A DNA stretch of 64,000 nucleotides from Lama glama (GCA_028534125.1 CM052817.1:93932001-93996000), one strand, 5' to 3'; shown: positions 35,811 to 50,045, counted from the stretch's first letter. Notes: generated from the sequence alone by a model not told the origin. A program made the numbers and translations.

Positions 35811-38017
35811 AGCTTGATTATCTGAGTGATAAGCTATGTCTCAATTTCGCAGGAAGCAGCTGATGCATGAGCTCAAATGTTTGTATGCACCAGAGCAAGT
35901 ATTGACAAATTGTGTTCCTGCTCTTCTGCACAGACAAACTTTTCAAAAGGGTTGCCTACAAATGTTACTCTATTTCTTCATTTCCCAGTCTTTTTTTTTT
36001 CAAAGAAACGAAATATATTAATACATGTTGTATGAATTTTTTTTCCCTTTATCCTTGTACTTTAATTTATCTTGGCTAATCTAGGCCCTTTACCTTTCCA
36101 CAGAATTTATGGTCAATTTATCAAAGTCCACCAAAAGGGGAAAAAGAAAAAAGGAAACACACTAAATGTAAAGTTAATTTGAGGAGAATTGTCATCTTTT
36201 CAATTCTGAGTTCACTCATCCATATTGAGCGCTAATGTCATGGTTGCTCATTGTACAACCTTCAAGAAAGTTTCAGAATTTTCCCTATGAAGGTTATGCA
36301 TGTTTTTGTAGATTTATTCCTAAGTAACTTTAGTTTTTATTGCTAATCTGAATGGAATTTCTTGAGTGTGGGTGTGGGTGTAAAAGAAACAAAGGAAGAA
36401 ATACATTATACAAAGGGAAGATGTATGAAATGTAGTTTAAAAACAGCTATGTAGAGAAACCATCTGCTTCCTCCCTGACAAGAAATAAGACTTAGCCAGA
36501 CTCTCATGACCTCCATAATCTTATCTTCCTCCCTCCTCCAGTCATAACCTCTGTCTTAACTTTTGTATTAGACATTCCAGCGCTTTTCTTGACAGTGGTA
36601 TCACCTATGTATGTATCTGTGAACAATGTACTGGTCAAGTTTTGATGGTTTTCAACTCTATAGATAGAATCATGCTGTATATATTCTCTATACTTCAGTC
36701 AAACTTGCATTTTTGCAGTTGAGCCATACTGATACACATGATGGCTGTTCAATCATTATCATTGCTGTGGAGCATTTCCAAGCATGAATATGCTAAATTT
36801 TGCCTATTCTACTGGAGATGGCCATTTTGGTTGTTTTCAGTTTGGGGCTATTACAAAATATACTGGTATGAACAATGCTGTATATATATCTTCAGTCAAC
36901 TGTTCTAATTTTCCTAAAGTCTATGCCTGGGAGTAGAAATGCTGAATCAGTGTCTACTTACGTTCAAATTTAAAACTGTTTTCCAAAGTGATGTTATCGT
37001 TTTACACTCCGCCATTGTCTGAAAGTTTCTTTTGCTCCATACTGATGACAACACTCGGTATAAGGCTTTTTAATTTTTACTCATTTGTTAGGTATGGAAT
37101 GGTATCTGATTGTGGTTTTCATTTGTCTTCCTCTAATTCTAATGAGGTGAACACCTTTTTATATGTCTATCGGCCATCTGGAGCTCCTTTTTTGTGAAGT
37201 GCCTGTTTAAATCTTTTGCTTATTTTTCTATTAGGTATCTTTTTTTTAATTAATTTCTAGAAGATCATTATGTGTTCTGAGTATTTATCCTGTTTCAATT
37301 ACATATTTTGAAAATATCTTTCCACTGTGACTTGTCTTTATGCTTCCTTTATATGCCTTTTGAAAGAGAAGTTCATCATATTAAAGTGGCTGAATTTTGT
37401 CTTCTTTTTATAGGCTGCATTTTTGTATCCTATTTAGTAACTCCTTCCCTACTACAATGTTATAAAGTTAATTTCTCATATTGCCTTCAAAAAGTGCCAT
37501 AGTTTTGCCTTAAATATTTAAGTCCTTAATCTACCTGGAATTTTTATTTGTGTAAGACATAAGGTAAGGATTGAGTGAAATTTTAAAATTACATTTTGCA
37601 TTTTCTGTTTGTTTGCTGCTGATGTACAATAGGAACAGCAGTAAATTCATTTTGTATCCAGTAACCTTGCAGATTTTCTCATTAGTTCTAATATTTATTT
37701 GTAAATTTTCTTTGGTTTTTCTCTGTGGAAAATCTGCCAACAATTTTTTTTCTTCTGTCTAGTGTTTTACCATTTATTTGTTTGTTTTATCTGTTGCACT
37801 GGATAGGACCTCCAGCAGAATACTGAGCGGAAACAATGATAAAGAGAATTCTTGAGTAGTTCCCTACCTTAAAAGCAAATGTTCCTAAAGATACCATTCA
37901 CTAGGCTAAGGAAGTTTCTTATTGTTTCTATTGGTAAGAGTTTTGTTATCATTGTTTTTGTTGTTTGTTTTAAAATCATGAGCACATGTTAAATTTTATC
38001 AAATTATTTTTCTGAGG

Positions 38018-38502
38018 TGTAGTAGACTGAACAATAGCCTGCAAAGATAGCTGCATTCTAAACCCCAGAACTTGTGAATATTTTGTTTTATATAAGAAAG
38101 GAACTTTGTAGATGTAATTAAGAATTCTGAGATGGGGAGAATATCCTGGAATATCTGAGTGAGTTCAATGTAATTACACTGATCCTTATAAAAGGGAGCC
38201 AGGAATATCAGAGAGAGAGAGAAGAGAGAGAAAGATTGGAAGACACAATGCTGCTGACTTTGAAGACGAAAGATGAGACCATGAGCCAAAGAACGTGAGC
38301 AGCCTCCAGAAGCTAGAAAATGCAAAGGAGTGAATTTTCCCCTAAAGTCTCCAGAAGGAATGCAGCCCTGTCAATACCTTGATTTTAGCCCACTAAGACC
38401 GATTTTGGACTTCTGACCTCCAGAACTGTAAGATACCAAATTTGTGTTATTTGAAGCCAGTAAATTTGTGGTGATTTCTTTACAACAGCAATACAGAATA
38501 CA
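38018..38502 (+). mobile_element. MaLR LTR (MLT1D-like)
   Basis: 'tgtagtagactgaac...gaaggaatgcagccctgtcaataccttgattttagccc...ctgacctccagaactgtaagata...cagcaatacagaataca'. Confidence 0.9.
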
Positions 38503-38952
38503 AGGGACATCATATTGTGTTTGAATCTTGCGTAGTCTGTGATTATTGGAAATTACTTTACAGAATTTCAGATAATAAATCATCCTTACATTCTTGACAT
38601 GATTCTTGCTTGGTTAAAATGTGTCTTTTTTAAATTCAGTGATAGAGTTAGTTTGCAAGTATTTTATTTGATTATTATAACTATGTTCATAAATAAGATT
38701 GGCCTTTAATTTTCATTTCTCGTACTATCATTTTTTTGGGTATCAAAATTACCTGGACTCATGAAAGGAATTGAGAAGTACACCCTCTTTTCCTATTGTA
38801 TGAACATGTTTTATATGATTGGGATTATTCTTTTCATTAAAAACTTTATGAAACTCAGCTCTAAAAGGTTCAGAGAAGGGTGCCATTGTTGTGTGTCAAT
38901 ATTTGAATGTTCATTCAGTTTTTTAGTGTGTATAATAAGTCTTTTCAGATCT

Positions 38953-39176
38953 TATAATTCTTTGTTTTCCATTTTTTATTGAAGTATAGCTAATTTATAA
39001 TATGCTAGTTTTGGATGTACAGCAAAGTGATTCAGTTAGACATATATATTCTTTTTTTCAATTCTTTTCCATTTGAAGTTACTACAAGATATTGAATATA
39101 GTTCCCTGGGTTACAAAGTAAATCCTTGTTGTTTATTTTATATATGATGGTGTGTATCTGTTAATCCCTATAATTC
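38953..39176 (-). mobile_element. Short 5'-truncated young L1 3' end with TSD
   Basis: 'ttttttattgaagtatagctaatttataat...cagcaaagtgattcagtta'; TSD core tataattc at 38953-38960 and 39169-39176. Confidence 0.8.
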
Positions 39177-39723
39177 CTTTTGAATCTATTTTGGTGATTT
39201 ATAGTTTTCTAGAAAAGTATTTGTTTCAGCTCTTCTCCAATCATTAACATAAATCTTTTTATAGTATTCTCTTTAAGTTTTTACTTTACATATAGTGATG
39301 CCTGTTATTTAATATCTAATAGTGTTTATTTATGCTTTCTTTTTATTTTTTATCTTCTTCAATCTTGGAAAAAGTTATTGTATTTTGTTAGTCTTTTCCA
39401 ACAACTAGCTTTTGGTTTAGTTGATCTTATATTGTTTGATTTGTATTTCCTTAATTTATGCTCACAGCATTATTTCCTTTCTTTTATGTTGTTTGGGCTT
39501 ACCCTATTCTTCTGTTTTAAAAATGTTTAGCTGAATACTTAGTTTATGAATTTTTAATCTTTTTATTCACAAATATGTCTAACTATTACATTTGAAGAAG
39601 AAACTCGAGTACAAACCAAATAATTGTACCCTGCCTCTTGCCCACTGAAATTTTATTAAGCTAGTTCTTTCCTGCCCTTTGAGTAAACTGTATAATAGAA
39701 CTCATGACTTTTTCCTTCATCTC

Positions 39724-40282
39724 TGTCAGAGAGGAAGAAATTTTCCTCTACCCTTCTAGGTTCTTCTGGCTGATCTAAGAATTAAATTGACATGAGACAG
39801 ATGAACAAGAGAAAATGAAACAAAAATTTTATGTCATGTATACATAAGAGAGACCCAAGAAATTAGTAACTTGCTAAAATGGCTGAAGCTCTCACCCTGA
39901 ATACCATCTTCAGCTAAAAAAAAAAAAAAAAGATATCAGTGGTTTGGGACTTCAAAGGAGAAGAAGGCAACTGACATGGAGATGAAAAAGCAAATGTTTG
40001 GTAAACAAATTTTGCTGGGGCTGGCAGAGAAAATGGGACCCAGAGAGAAATCTGATCTCAATGGACCACACCTGGTCTAAAATTTTTTTCCAAAATCTCT
40101 GGTGATATTCAGAAGACAGACTCTATTCTGAAGACAAGTCTTTTATCTAAATTATTTAGGCAACTATGGAGGAGGTAAAAAAGCAAGACTTCCTGAATCT
40201 TCTGTTTCTTAAAAATAATCAGCCTCAATTAATCCTCACGGCAAAGAGACACATTTGGAGGAACAAATTTTGCTGCCCAGCA
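39724..40282 (-). mobile_element. ERV1-type (MER34-like) solo LTR (559 bp)
   Basis: TG...CA termini; 4-bp TSD TCTC at 39720-39723 and 40283-40286; minus strand starts tgctgggcagcaaaatttgttcctccaaatgtgtctctttg. Confidence 0.85.
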
Positions 40283-40654
40283 TCTCAAATGATGAGAATC
40301 TTCTGGTCACTTTAATTCCAAGAATAGTCTAATTGCAATAATAAAGAGCTGGTCCCAAATAATAGTCAAAACTCTGAAATTCATTAAGGGTCAAAACTTA
40401 TTCCCAATTCTTTTTCAGGCTGCTCTAGACAGGAAATCTGCTGGGCAAAAGAGGGTTTTAATCTATACTGCTTCTCTTTTCTGCATCCTCCCACCTCCTC
40501 CCACCGTATGATTCTCCTCCCTAGCCCACTAGCATGGTAGCCAGGAATTCACACATTTAGGAACAGGAAGGCCTTCCTGGACAGCATCAGGGCTCTGAGG
40601 GTTTGGTAGACATTCAAAGTTTACTCTTCTAGTCATTATATTGGTTAGGACTCT

Positions 40655-41013
40655 CTAAAGACCCAAGGCCAAATTAAGCGACATTTTACAACATAATTGG
40701 CCAGTACTATTTAAGAACGTCAAGGTCATGAAGACAAGGAAATTGTTCCAGATGAAAGGAGACTGAGCAGACATGACAACTAAATACAATATGTAGATCT
40801 GGATGCTGGATGTCAAAAAGGATACAAGTTGGACAACTGGTAAACTTTGGATAAAGTTTGTCATTAGATAGTGCTATGTGAATGGTAATTTCCTGGTTTT
40901 CATATTGTAACGTGGTTACATAAGATTTTAACATATGGGAAATCTGGATGTATACAGGATTTTTTGTACTATTTTCTAACTTTTTTATATGTCTGAAATT
41001 ATTTTTTTTTAAA
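40655..41013 (+). mobile_element. L1MC4/5-like 3' end
   Basis: 'gtcaaggtcatgaagacaagg...gaaaggagactgagcagacatgacaactaaat...ttttttgtactattttctaac'. Confidence 0.8.
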
Positions 41014-41034
41014 GCATGGGGGAAAAATGTATGT

Positions 41035-42060
41035 GTTTTGATCTCACATTTAAAACTGTAGCTTAGATCTCTCCTCTGAATTCCAGACTAATTTAACTAG
41101 TTTTTTCAGTTTCTCATTTGATAGCTCTACTTGGATGTATTATAAACATTTCAAGCTTAACATTTCTCAAACTGAACTGTTACTTATCTTCAAAATCTCT
41201 TCCACTAGAAGTCATTTTCCAAATCCCCAAATGCCACCACTACCTATCCAGCCAGTCAAAGCAGATTTCTTGACATCACTCACCTAATCAACCCATCACT
41301 AAAATCTGTTGGTCCTTTTTGCCAATATATACCTCAAATCCACATGATTCTCTCAACCTCTATTGCCATGACTCTAGTCTAAGAGTCATGACTTTGACCT
41401 CCCGTGTAGTCTATTGTAATAGTTCCCTAACTAATCTCCCTGCTTTGACTAGGGATAACCCTCCAAGACATTCTCCAAAGAGATTCTATGTGATCTCATT
41501 CAAATGTACATTAGATCATGACTCTCCCACTTTCAAAATACTTCAACAGCTTCTCATTGTATCTAGAATAAAATTTAAAACTCATAACCTGGTTTAAGGC
41601 AAACTGAGACTTGTACAACTTATCTGCCTTCCTTAACTCTCCTCCAAACACACATACACTCTTACTACACTCCACATCACTCACCCGGCTCCAGCACACA
41701 GTATGCATGAAGGCCCTGAAGATCTACAATTTATGTGCTGCCTCAGGACGTATGTAGTTGTTATTTCTTCCTCATTGGACACTCCTCTTACTGCCTAAGA
41801 CCCTCTTCCTAATAGTTTTCCTTTGACTAGTTCCTTCGTATCCAACACATTCAGATCTTGAATTAAATATCACCTTCTTTTAGAAGTTTTTCTCTTATAG
41901 CACTCAGGATAATTTTTAATTATAACATTATTTGTCACTTATTGGGTGCCTATGTCTCCCACGATAAGCTCAGTGAGAGCTGCAGTCAGGTCTGTCTTGT
42001 CCACCTTTACATACCAGTATCTAACTTATGCCCAACAAGTACACGATGAACAACTACTTT
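41035..42060 (+). mobile_element. L2 (about 1 kb 3' portion)
   Basis: 'agatctctcctctgaattccagac...ttggatgta...aaactgaact...tagatcatgactctccc...ctcccacgataagctcagtgagagc'. Confidence 0.8.
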
Positions 42061-42949
42061 CTAAGCAGCAAGCTAAATTTGTTTTGTGATGACAGTCACT
42101 GTAGGCTAGAGATGAGGAATTATTTCCATACCTAAACAGGATGCAGAAGAGGTATCTTCGTCAGTAATGTAGTTCAGCACCTCCAGTTGACAGTCATATG
42201 ATTTAATGTGAAATAAGCCTCATATGCTGGCTGGGCATTTGTCTCCCCACCAATTCCCTCCTGGAACTGTAGTTTGCAATGCATTGGAAAATGCATGCTG
42301 GACCTCTCCATGTACATCAGAAATGTACACAAAGAGGCAACCATTTCCGAGTCTCAGAACTATGCTGTTGAGATCTATCTTATAAAGCAAAATTGGCACT
42401 TACTGGATCAGGTCAGAAAATTCCAGGTACAGAGCTGCAGTGGAAATGTTCTTATACAACTTTATGAACTTTGGAAAAATGGAGTGCATGAGAGATCTAG
42501 GTTTAGAAATAAAAAGCCTTTGAAAGTTTTGTTGGGAATAGGTAAGTTCCAGAAGCAAAATAAGGAAAAATGAGAAGGGTGACTTCACTTTAAGGATTTT
42601 GATTTCACTGGACTGGATAATAGAAAACAGAAAGTATTCCTATTTCAAGCATTTCATATTACTGCCATTGTATTAATAGGATTACTGGCACCTGTACATA
42701 ATCCTCTTTAATTAACTGAGTTGCATAATCCAAGAAGGACTGTAAAACAGGGGGGCATTTTTTTTAGAAAGTGTGACCCAAGAATTAACATAAGCAAAAT
42801 CATGTGGACTCATTTCAGAATCTCTTCTGATTATTTCTTGATTCCCCACCCCTCTCCCATGGAGACATCCTTGACCTTTTAAACCCAATGCATCAACAAG
42901 ATAAACAGTGAAGTCAGTGGACAAATGCATTCAGAGAGTGAACACAACC

Positions 42950-43500
42950 TATTTTAATCAGGACTCTGAGTTGTAAGAAACAAATCTCAAAACAAACTAG
43001 ATTGAACAAAAGGGAGATTTATTGGAAACAAACATAGATAACTCATAAAATCAAAAAGGAACCTAAGGTTTGAAGACCTCAAGGAATAAAATCAAGGTAC
43101 AACTCACCAGAATTGTCTCTTCCTGCTCTCATCAGTCTCCTGCTTTCTCCAAGCGGTGAAAGACAGAACCAGCAGCTCTGAATCATATGCTTTCAGCTTT
43201 CCTGCAACAAAGATAGAAAGAATAATTTTCCCCAATGGAGCCTCTTACAAACAAAAAAATCTCAGGGAAGTATTCTGATTGGCCCAGTTTTGGTTAAATG
43301 CCCACTACTGAACCCATCACAATGTCCAGATGGATAAGAGAATCTACTTAGATGCGGGGTTCTGAGGCAAGGAGGTAGAGGAGTACTATGATTGTTAACC
43401 CTACCAGAAAATCAGGATTAGAGTGGATAAAAAGAACCCTCACTTTCCCCACCAAAGGCTTGTAACAAGAAGAAACTATGTAGACAAAAGCACAATATTC
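42950..43500 (-). mobile_element. MaLR LTR (MLT1K/L-like)
   Basis: 'tcaggactctgagttgtaagaaac...ttctgattggcccagttttggttaaatgcccactactgaacccatcac'. Confidence 0.65.
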
Positions 43501-43694
43501 ATCTCACTTTCTTTCCATCTCTATCCCCCAAAGAAGAAAACTGGAGGGTAGGGGATGGGAGGACAGGAAGTGGTAAGGAAAGGAGAGGACAAGAGAGGAG
43601 AGTTTTAACTGAATATAGAAGGATTTATACATGGGGATTTAACAGGAGTTACATGTAGACATTTCTCAGTGCATCCCGTGTTTGTAGAAAAGGA

Positions 43695-44196
43695 TGTGGT
43701 AGGCCTAAACATGGTCCCAAAGATGTCTACATCTTCATCCACAGAACCTCAGAATACGTTACCATACATAGTAAAATGGACTTTGACAATGTGGTTATGG
43801 GTATGGACTCTGAGAAGCGGAGATTGCCTGGATTATCCAGGTGGGTCCTATCTAATCACATGAGCACTTAAAAGCAGAGAACCTTTTCCAGCTGTGGTTA
43901 GAGAGACATGATGATGGAAGAAAAGTCAGAGATATGCGAAGTCATTGGCTTTGAAGATGGAGGAAGGGAACCAGGAGCAAGGCAGTGCAAGTGACCTCTA
44001 GAAGCTGAAAAAGGCCAAGAAACATGCTCCTCTAGGGCCTCTGTAAAGGAACCTAGACCTGCCAACACCTGGACTTTAGCCCAGTGAGACCCGTTATCAG
44101 ACTTCTGAGCTACAGGACTATCAGATAATAACTGTCTTGTTTTACACCACTAAGTTTGTAGTAATTTGCCACTGCAGTAATAGAAACCCTAATATA
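43695..44196 (+). mobile_element. MaLR LTR (MLT1D-like)
   Basis: 'tgtggtaggc...cccaaagatgtc...ggattatccaggtgggtcc...ggctttgaagatggaggaagg...ccactaagtttgtagtaatttg...taatata'. Confidence 0.9.
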
Positions 44197-45389
44197 AGGT
44201 GGCATGAAACCTAATAAAAGGTGCTATGAAGCTTAGGAATAGGCCATACACACAGTCTGTTATTTCATTTGCTTTCAATGACAAAGGAAAATTGTAAAAG
44301 AGCTGTGCTTGGGGCGGCGGGGAGAGAGGAGCAGGTGGTGGTTTCAAGTCCTATTTAGAGGATTTTCCTATGAATTAGTGAGATGTGAGGGCAGAAATAA
44401 CACCATGATCACAAGTGATACTATTCCTTGTGTCAAAAGGTCAGTGTATGAATGTAGTTCGTTTTTTCTTTCATGACTTTTTCTTCCAGGTAGCCTAAAC
44501 TATGGAAAGATTTCAGAAAAAGCAGTTGAATGTATAATAATTAGACTCCTACTGGATTTTAGATTTTAGTCATTGAGTGATAAGTTCCTGCTTCTCCTAT
44601 TACAGATTTAAGAGGACACGAACCATGAAGGAATAACCCTGACCTGATGGACGGAAGCTAGGTAGGGACTGAGGGAGCACTGTGCAACTCTGCACCTGCA
44701 TTAGAGACCAGGACGGTACAAAGAAGCCAGTATATCTGTCGGGTTTCTGATGTCAGCCATGATGCTCTGGATCTTTGTAGGCAGGAATGCTTGCACTACA
44801 TCTATCCTCAAAAAAATTCCCACTGTTCAAGGAGCCCAACTAGGACAAGGGAAGGAGAATGGAAATCCTGACAACTGGTACCACTTCCTTTTTTGTTCAA
44901 ACACCCAATAAATGAAAGAGTTCTAAGTTTAGTCAAACAGAGGCTGGACCAAAGAGAATTGAAGTAAATCATATGTAAGTTACATAAGCCGTGATATCCT
45001 AAAATACAAGCTCCTTGAGGGAAGGGACTCTGTTTTGTTCACTGCATTATACTCTATGCCTGGCAGTAGATACTCCACATATACATATTGACTACATGAA
45101 AAACATTCCAATCCCATCATGGCTTCAGCAGGTGCCGGGAGGTCCTGTTTGGCTTGGAGTCATCCTAATAGAATATAACCCTGACCGTCCTTAGTTAGGG
45201 AATAGCCAATTCTGGAAGAGTTCTTCCTTCTTCCTGGTAGTGAGTGCCAGTCACTTAAAATAAGCAACAATCCTATGGTTGTTGCAAAGACGCACACCAG
45301 TGTTTGCTTACCTCCATGGGAAGCCAAGAGAGTAGATGTCTAATACCAACTGTGTCAAAGACATTAAGAGTGATACTGGATGACTCTTT

Positions 45390-45670
45390 TAGTGCCACAC
45401 AACTTCCATCTTCTTTCCAAACTAGGAGCCATCACCTCCCCAACTCCCATCAACCTCTGTACTGGCTGTTCTTTCTGCTTGGAAAATTCTTCCCCAGAAT
45501 TTCGAAACCCTGGCTCCTTCTTATCATCCCTGGCTCAGCATCAGTGTCACCTCCTCAAGGAGGCCATCCAGTTTAAAGCAGTGCCCCAGTCACTCTCTAA
45601 CACCACCATGCTTTATCAACAGCTCATATTCTCTTTGATTTTGTTTTTGTTTGATTTGTATCTGCCTTAG
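45390..45670 (+). mobile_element. L2 fragment
   Basis: 'ctggctgttctttctgcttggaaaattcttcccc...ggctccttcttatcatcc...gtcacctcctcaaggaggcc'. Confidence 0.7.
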
Positions 45671-46289
45671 CTCTAGTTATTATCAGCTGGGCTTATTAGC
45701 TGGGAGACTCCAGTGGTCAGACTCTCAGAGTCCCAGTTTCCTTATCTAATTCATTAGTATCATATGAGATAACAATGGAGACTGTCCTGTCATACAATCT
45801 TCAAGAAGCATTACTGGTTTAGAAAAAAAAGGCTACTCAATTAATAAGCTTAATCTTTTGAATGGAAAAAAGTGACAAACACCATTTTGAATTCTAAGAG
45901 GAAGAAATATAATTTACTATTCTGTAAATAGGAAGACAATTTTCAGTTCTATAGTGAGAAATATATGGGAAGAGTGATAAAGATAAAACTTTTGTTTTCA
46001 AAGCCACAATAAGGAATGATAATTAAATGATGCTAACTTTCCTTTAATACAATTCTTTAGATAAATAAATAAATGACTAAATGTTGCCAGGATTTGTCAC
46101 TAAAAGCATTTCAATTCCTCTTTAAGTTTCAGAAACATATATGAAATCTTCCCAATTTTTTGCATAAAATTGTTTATTTCATGATTCAAGTATGTTTTAT
46201 AAACTTCCACAGTGTAATGAGCCCATCTTGTGGCCTTTTATAATATTGCCACTTTTAAAGTCAAACAATTTTTAACCATAGGTTTAAAT

Positions 46290-46460
46290 GATGTCTTTTA
46301 TTCAACAAACAACTTTCGAGCACTTACTATGTGCCAAGTGTACGCTGACTGCTGGGGATGCAGTGAGAGATGTAAGAAAAACCAGGTCCTTGCCCTGAAT
46401 TCATACAAATCAAAAGGAGAGAGAGACTTAAGCAGAGATAATCACAGCAGGAAAGTTAAG
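46290..46460 (-). mobile_element. L2 3' end
   Basis: 'attcaacaaacaactttcgagcacttactatgtgccaag...ctggggatgcagtg...ggtccttgccct'. Confidence 0.75.
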
Positions 46461-46749
46461 TACTATTATATAAAAGTATAAACTTACTATACCAGAGTTA
46501 AATGAAGTGTCCCCAGAACTCAGAATAAAACAGATAAACCTCCATTTCCAGGAATAACTCTGATCAGTAAAGAAATCAAGAATCATTCAAGGTTGGATTA
46601 ATTTCCAGTCTTCTATTCCATAAGTAGTTCACAGAAACCTCAGTCTATCTGGCCCTAATCTAAGTCAATCATTCTCAGAGTGAAGCAATCACAGTATTTT
46701 AAAAATAGCTTCCTACGATGCCTATCGGTAAGCAGGTTGTCTATCTTCC

Positions 46750-47770
46750 TACACCCACTCACAATCACAGTTTTAAAGAAATGAAGAGACAGAGCTCTTT
46801 GGGGAAGTGAGGGACTGACATAAAATATTTTAATTAGTCAGGAAGAGAAGGGAAAAGCCCATACTTTCCAATATGACGGTTTGAGGGGGGAAATGTGAAT
46901 AGAAGTAGGGGTGATAAGCAATTAGGAGTGTGCCCAAATTCCTACCTTCAAGGCTCCATGGGAAGAGGAGGAGGTGATAGCCTGGGAGAAGCACTGCCTG
47001 TTTAGGGCTCTGGGAGGAGATTATTGTGCAGAGTGACCCCTGACCAACAAATGACCACACCCAGTGTGGGTGAGACACAGGAGAGGCATGGTCAGCCAGA
47101 GACAGGATCACCCTCTGCTCCTGTGTGAGAGATCCTAGGATGAGAGTCCGCAGGCCAACTGTGGAATCACTCATCCTGGGGGAAAAGCCGAGCCACAGCC
47201 TCTACTGCAGGGGGTACATCCTTGGCTAAGGTCAGATGGAGGGTATACCAGAGACTCAACAGACCTCAGCACTATCAAGGGCTAAAGAGAGGCCACATCA
47301 GCAGGAAGGTACAATCAGAATCAGCACTTGACCAAGCTGAGAAAAAGTAAAGCACAGGTTTACTAGGCAGAGACGTCAGCAGTGGATGCAGGCAGAACAC
47401 AAGGATTATGACAATAAAAAATATCAAAGCTTCAACCTACACCCAAGGAGGAAGACTTTCAGCCCAAGAGCTAGGATGTCACATGAACAATGTCCATATA
47501 CCCGGCTGTCTGGGTCTCTCTACCCCTTCAGTTCAGAACCTAATTTCCACTTGCTCTACATCTTAATACCCCCGCAAACCATCTCATTCAGCAAAACCAC
47601 AGTTCTTCCTAAGAGGCCATCCTCCTTAAAAAGCATAAAAGACAGAACTGGAAAAAGCTAGTATCTTAATATATTTTTTTTCATAATACTTATATGATCA
47701 TAAGATTGAACATGGGGTTTCATGGCAAAAGTGCATTAAAAACTAAAATTGACAGTAATACAGAATCGAT
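46750..47770 (+). mobile_element. Ancient LTR-like relic, possibly Gypsy-type
   Basis: About 1 kb GC-richer block with an organisation similar to 1540-2365; by eye only. Confidence 0.3.
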
Positions 47771-48992
47771 TTTAAGATTGATATAGGTTCTCTGGAAAGA
47801 TCTCTTTGGTAGAAGTACGCAAGGTGAGCTAAAATTTTCTCTCTCTTCTTTCCTCTTTGTTCGTTCAGTTTCTTCAACAAATTATTTTTGAGTAACCACC
47901 TTATACCAGATGCTATGTGGATAATTAGAACAAATATGATTTAAGAGAGGAGGGAATTTTTCCTCCCTCTAAAATTTTCAGATCCGGAGACTGGATGAAT
48001 TCTTTTGCAATCCATCCAACAAATTTGTTTTAAGTGTTTTCTAAGTACTACATGCTATGCTGGGCACTAGACAGGAACAGTTCTTTTAGACACTAAGGAA
48101 TGAAACAGCTTGTAAAAGGATTAGATCAAGTAAGCTGTCATAGTTTTATCAAAATGACTGACAACCTACAGATTCTGGAACCATGAAGATGTTCCAAGGA
48201 TACAAGGTTTTTGTGACTTTTTTTTCTGATCACTTGGTTGTAGGGTTGCTTTGCTGAAATTAAAAGAAGATTAATTCTCCACTTAGAGTGACTTTATGTC
48301 AAGTATCAATATGACAATTTCCTTCAAAAATTCCTTTTAAAGAAATAAAGACTCAATTTCCTGCCTATTTCCCCCTTCTTCGCTCATTCAACTTATTCAA
48401 TAAATATTTATTATATGCTTCTATGTGCCAGCAGGCTGTACTAGATGCTTGGAATATAATCGTAAACAATACTTTCTCTCAGTTCTGATAACATGTTTTT
48501 CCCCTTGTTGACCCTGTCTATCTAAAGGGATCTGAAACTTTAAACTAATCTAGACTTCAGGCTAGTCTACGCCACCTAGAGCAGAGTTCCAGATCCCCTT
48601 TAAGTAGGAAGGGTCAGCCTTCCCCGTATCAAGCCCATTCACTGGGTCACCTGCATCAGCATTGCTACCAACCACCCACATGCCATGTTACTCCAGCACC
48701 ATGCTACATTCAGGGACTTGACTCTAAGAGGCTCTTGCCTTCTCTAAGTCATGAAAAGGGAAATATGACTGAAGACCTGCTCTGAATTTCTCAACCCCAT
48801 CTTGGGGCTCCTGTTGCCCCCAGAAGGCTTACAGTCTAGGGGAAAGAGACGGGAAAGTAAGAAGGCGTCTCGCTTGTAACTTACTGTTTTTGCACTCCTC
48901 TCCCTCTCATTCCAGGCTTCTCTGACCAGCCCAAAGAGAGTGTTTACCTTCTCTCTGTGTGACATATCATATATCTTTCCTACTCTAGAGCT

Positions 48993-49447
48993 TGTGGAGA
49001 AGAATGTCACCTGCTGTATCAGTAAACAAAGGATGTTGCGGCCATGAAGCCATCAGCCACTGCAGTTGCCTCCAACTGTGCCTCCTAAGGGGATTCAGGA
49101 CAGAGGAAAAAATGGGACACTGGCCCTAGATAGTTAAGGTGTATATCAAAGGAAAGAATTCAATAACCCCAGACACTTGCATTTTCCCATATGTAGAAAA
49201 GTGCCTAAATTCATTAACTTGAGGTGTCTGTTTTTTCTTTAATTAACAGCAGTCCTTTGATGTTCTGGGGTTGGGTTTGTTTGTTTGTTTTTTCCAAAAA
49301 TTCCTATACATCTAGCTTCTCCCTTACTTCTTTGGAACAGTCTCTCAGGGCTACCTGAGAGGCTGTCCCCCAGCTTAAGTCCTCAGTATGTCCACTGAAT
49401 AAAATATAAGTCTCAACTTTTAGATTGTGCATTTTTTTCAGTTAACA
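48993..49447 (+). mobile_element. ERV1-type solo LTR (455 bp)
   Basis: TG...CA termini (tgtggag...gttaaca); 4-bp TSD AGCT at 48989-48992 and 49448-49451; AATAAA near 49398. Confidence 0.85.
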
Positions 49448-49789
49448 AGCTTATAGTAAAATTCTGCCATAGCCTCCCAAGATTTGGATCTTGATTATTA
49501 AAGGATAGCTTTTGGAATTTGGGAGACACTTTTCTGTTTGGGGGTGACTAGTTCTTGTAACTGAAAGCCTCGCCATCAAAACAGTTTTTTCTCAATGTTA
49601 GGGATTTTTGTCAAAATGGTAACCCACCTACTCTTACACTCTTACACACTTACACACTCTGTTTAAAGTAAGTAAAAACGTACTGTTTTGAAGTTCTCTC
49701 TGTTTAGCATTTTATTTCATTTTTCTTTAAATTATTGTTGAATTGTTTTCAAGATATTTTTAGAAAAATATGCCAGTTATGGTTCCAGA

Positions 49790-50045
49790 GCAGTGTATCA
49801 GAAGGAAAAGAGCAAAGACTCTGGAATCTCACAGACATCAGATCATCTCAGCGTCACCACCCTTAGTTTTGAGTCTTGAGCAGGTTACTGTAATTCAATC
49901 CAAGGCTCAATTTCCTCACCTATAAATGGGGTCAACACTAACATCTATCACTGGGTTCTCATGAAACATAAATATGGTTGTGTAAAGTGAGCTTAACACA
50001 GTAACCAGCCCAAATAGATATTTAATATATATTAGTGATTATTAT
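49790..50045 (+). mobile_element. MIR
   Basis: 'gcagtgtatc...agactctggaatc...cttgagcaggttac...ctcaatttcctcacctataaatgggg'. Confidence 0.75.

Larger units (their letters stand above)
35950..39600 (-). mobile_element. Old L1 (L1ME/L1M) fragments, antisense, with nested elements
   Basis: 'gaggagaattgtcatctttt', 'ggggctattacaaa', 'tgtggttttcatttg', 'gataggacctccagcagaatactgag', 'atgttcataaataagattggcct' are antisense L1 ORF2/3' motifs. Confidence 0.8.

Noticed and set aside
42086..42180. Box C motif GTGATGA (possible C/D snoRNA)
   Set aside because: No suitably placed box D (CTGA) or terminal stem
44606..44660. AG…GT-bounded segment in unique DNA
   Set aside because: Stops in all frames and only moderate splice signals
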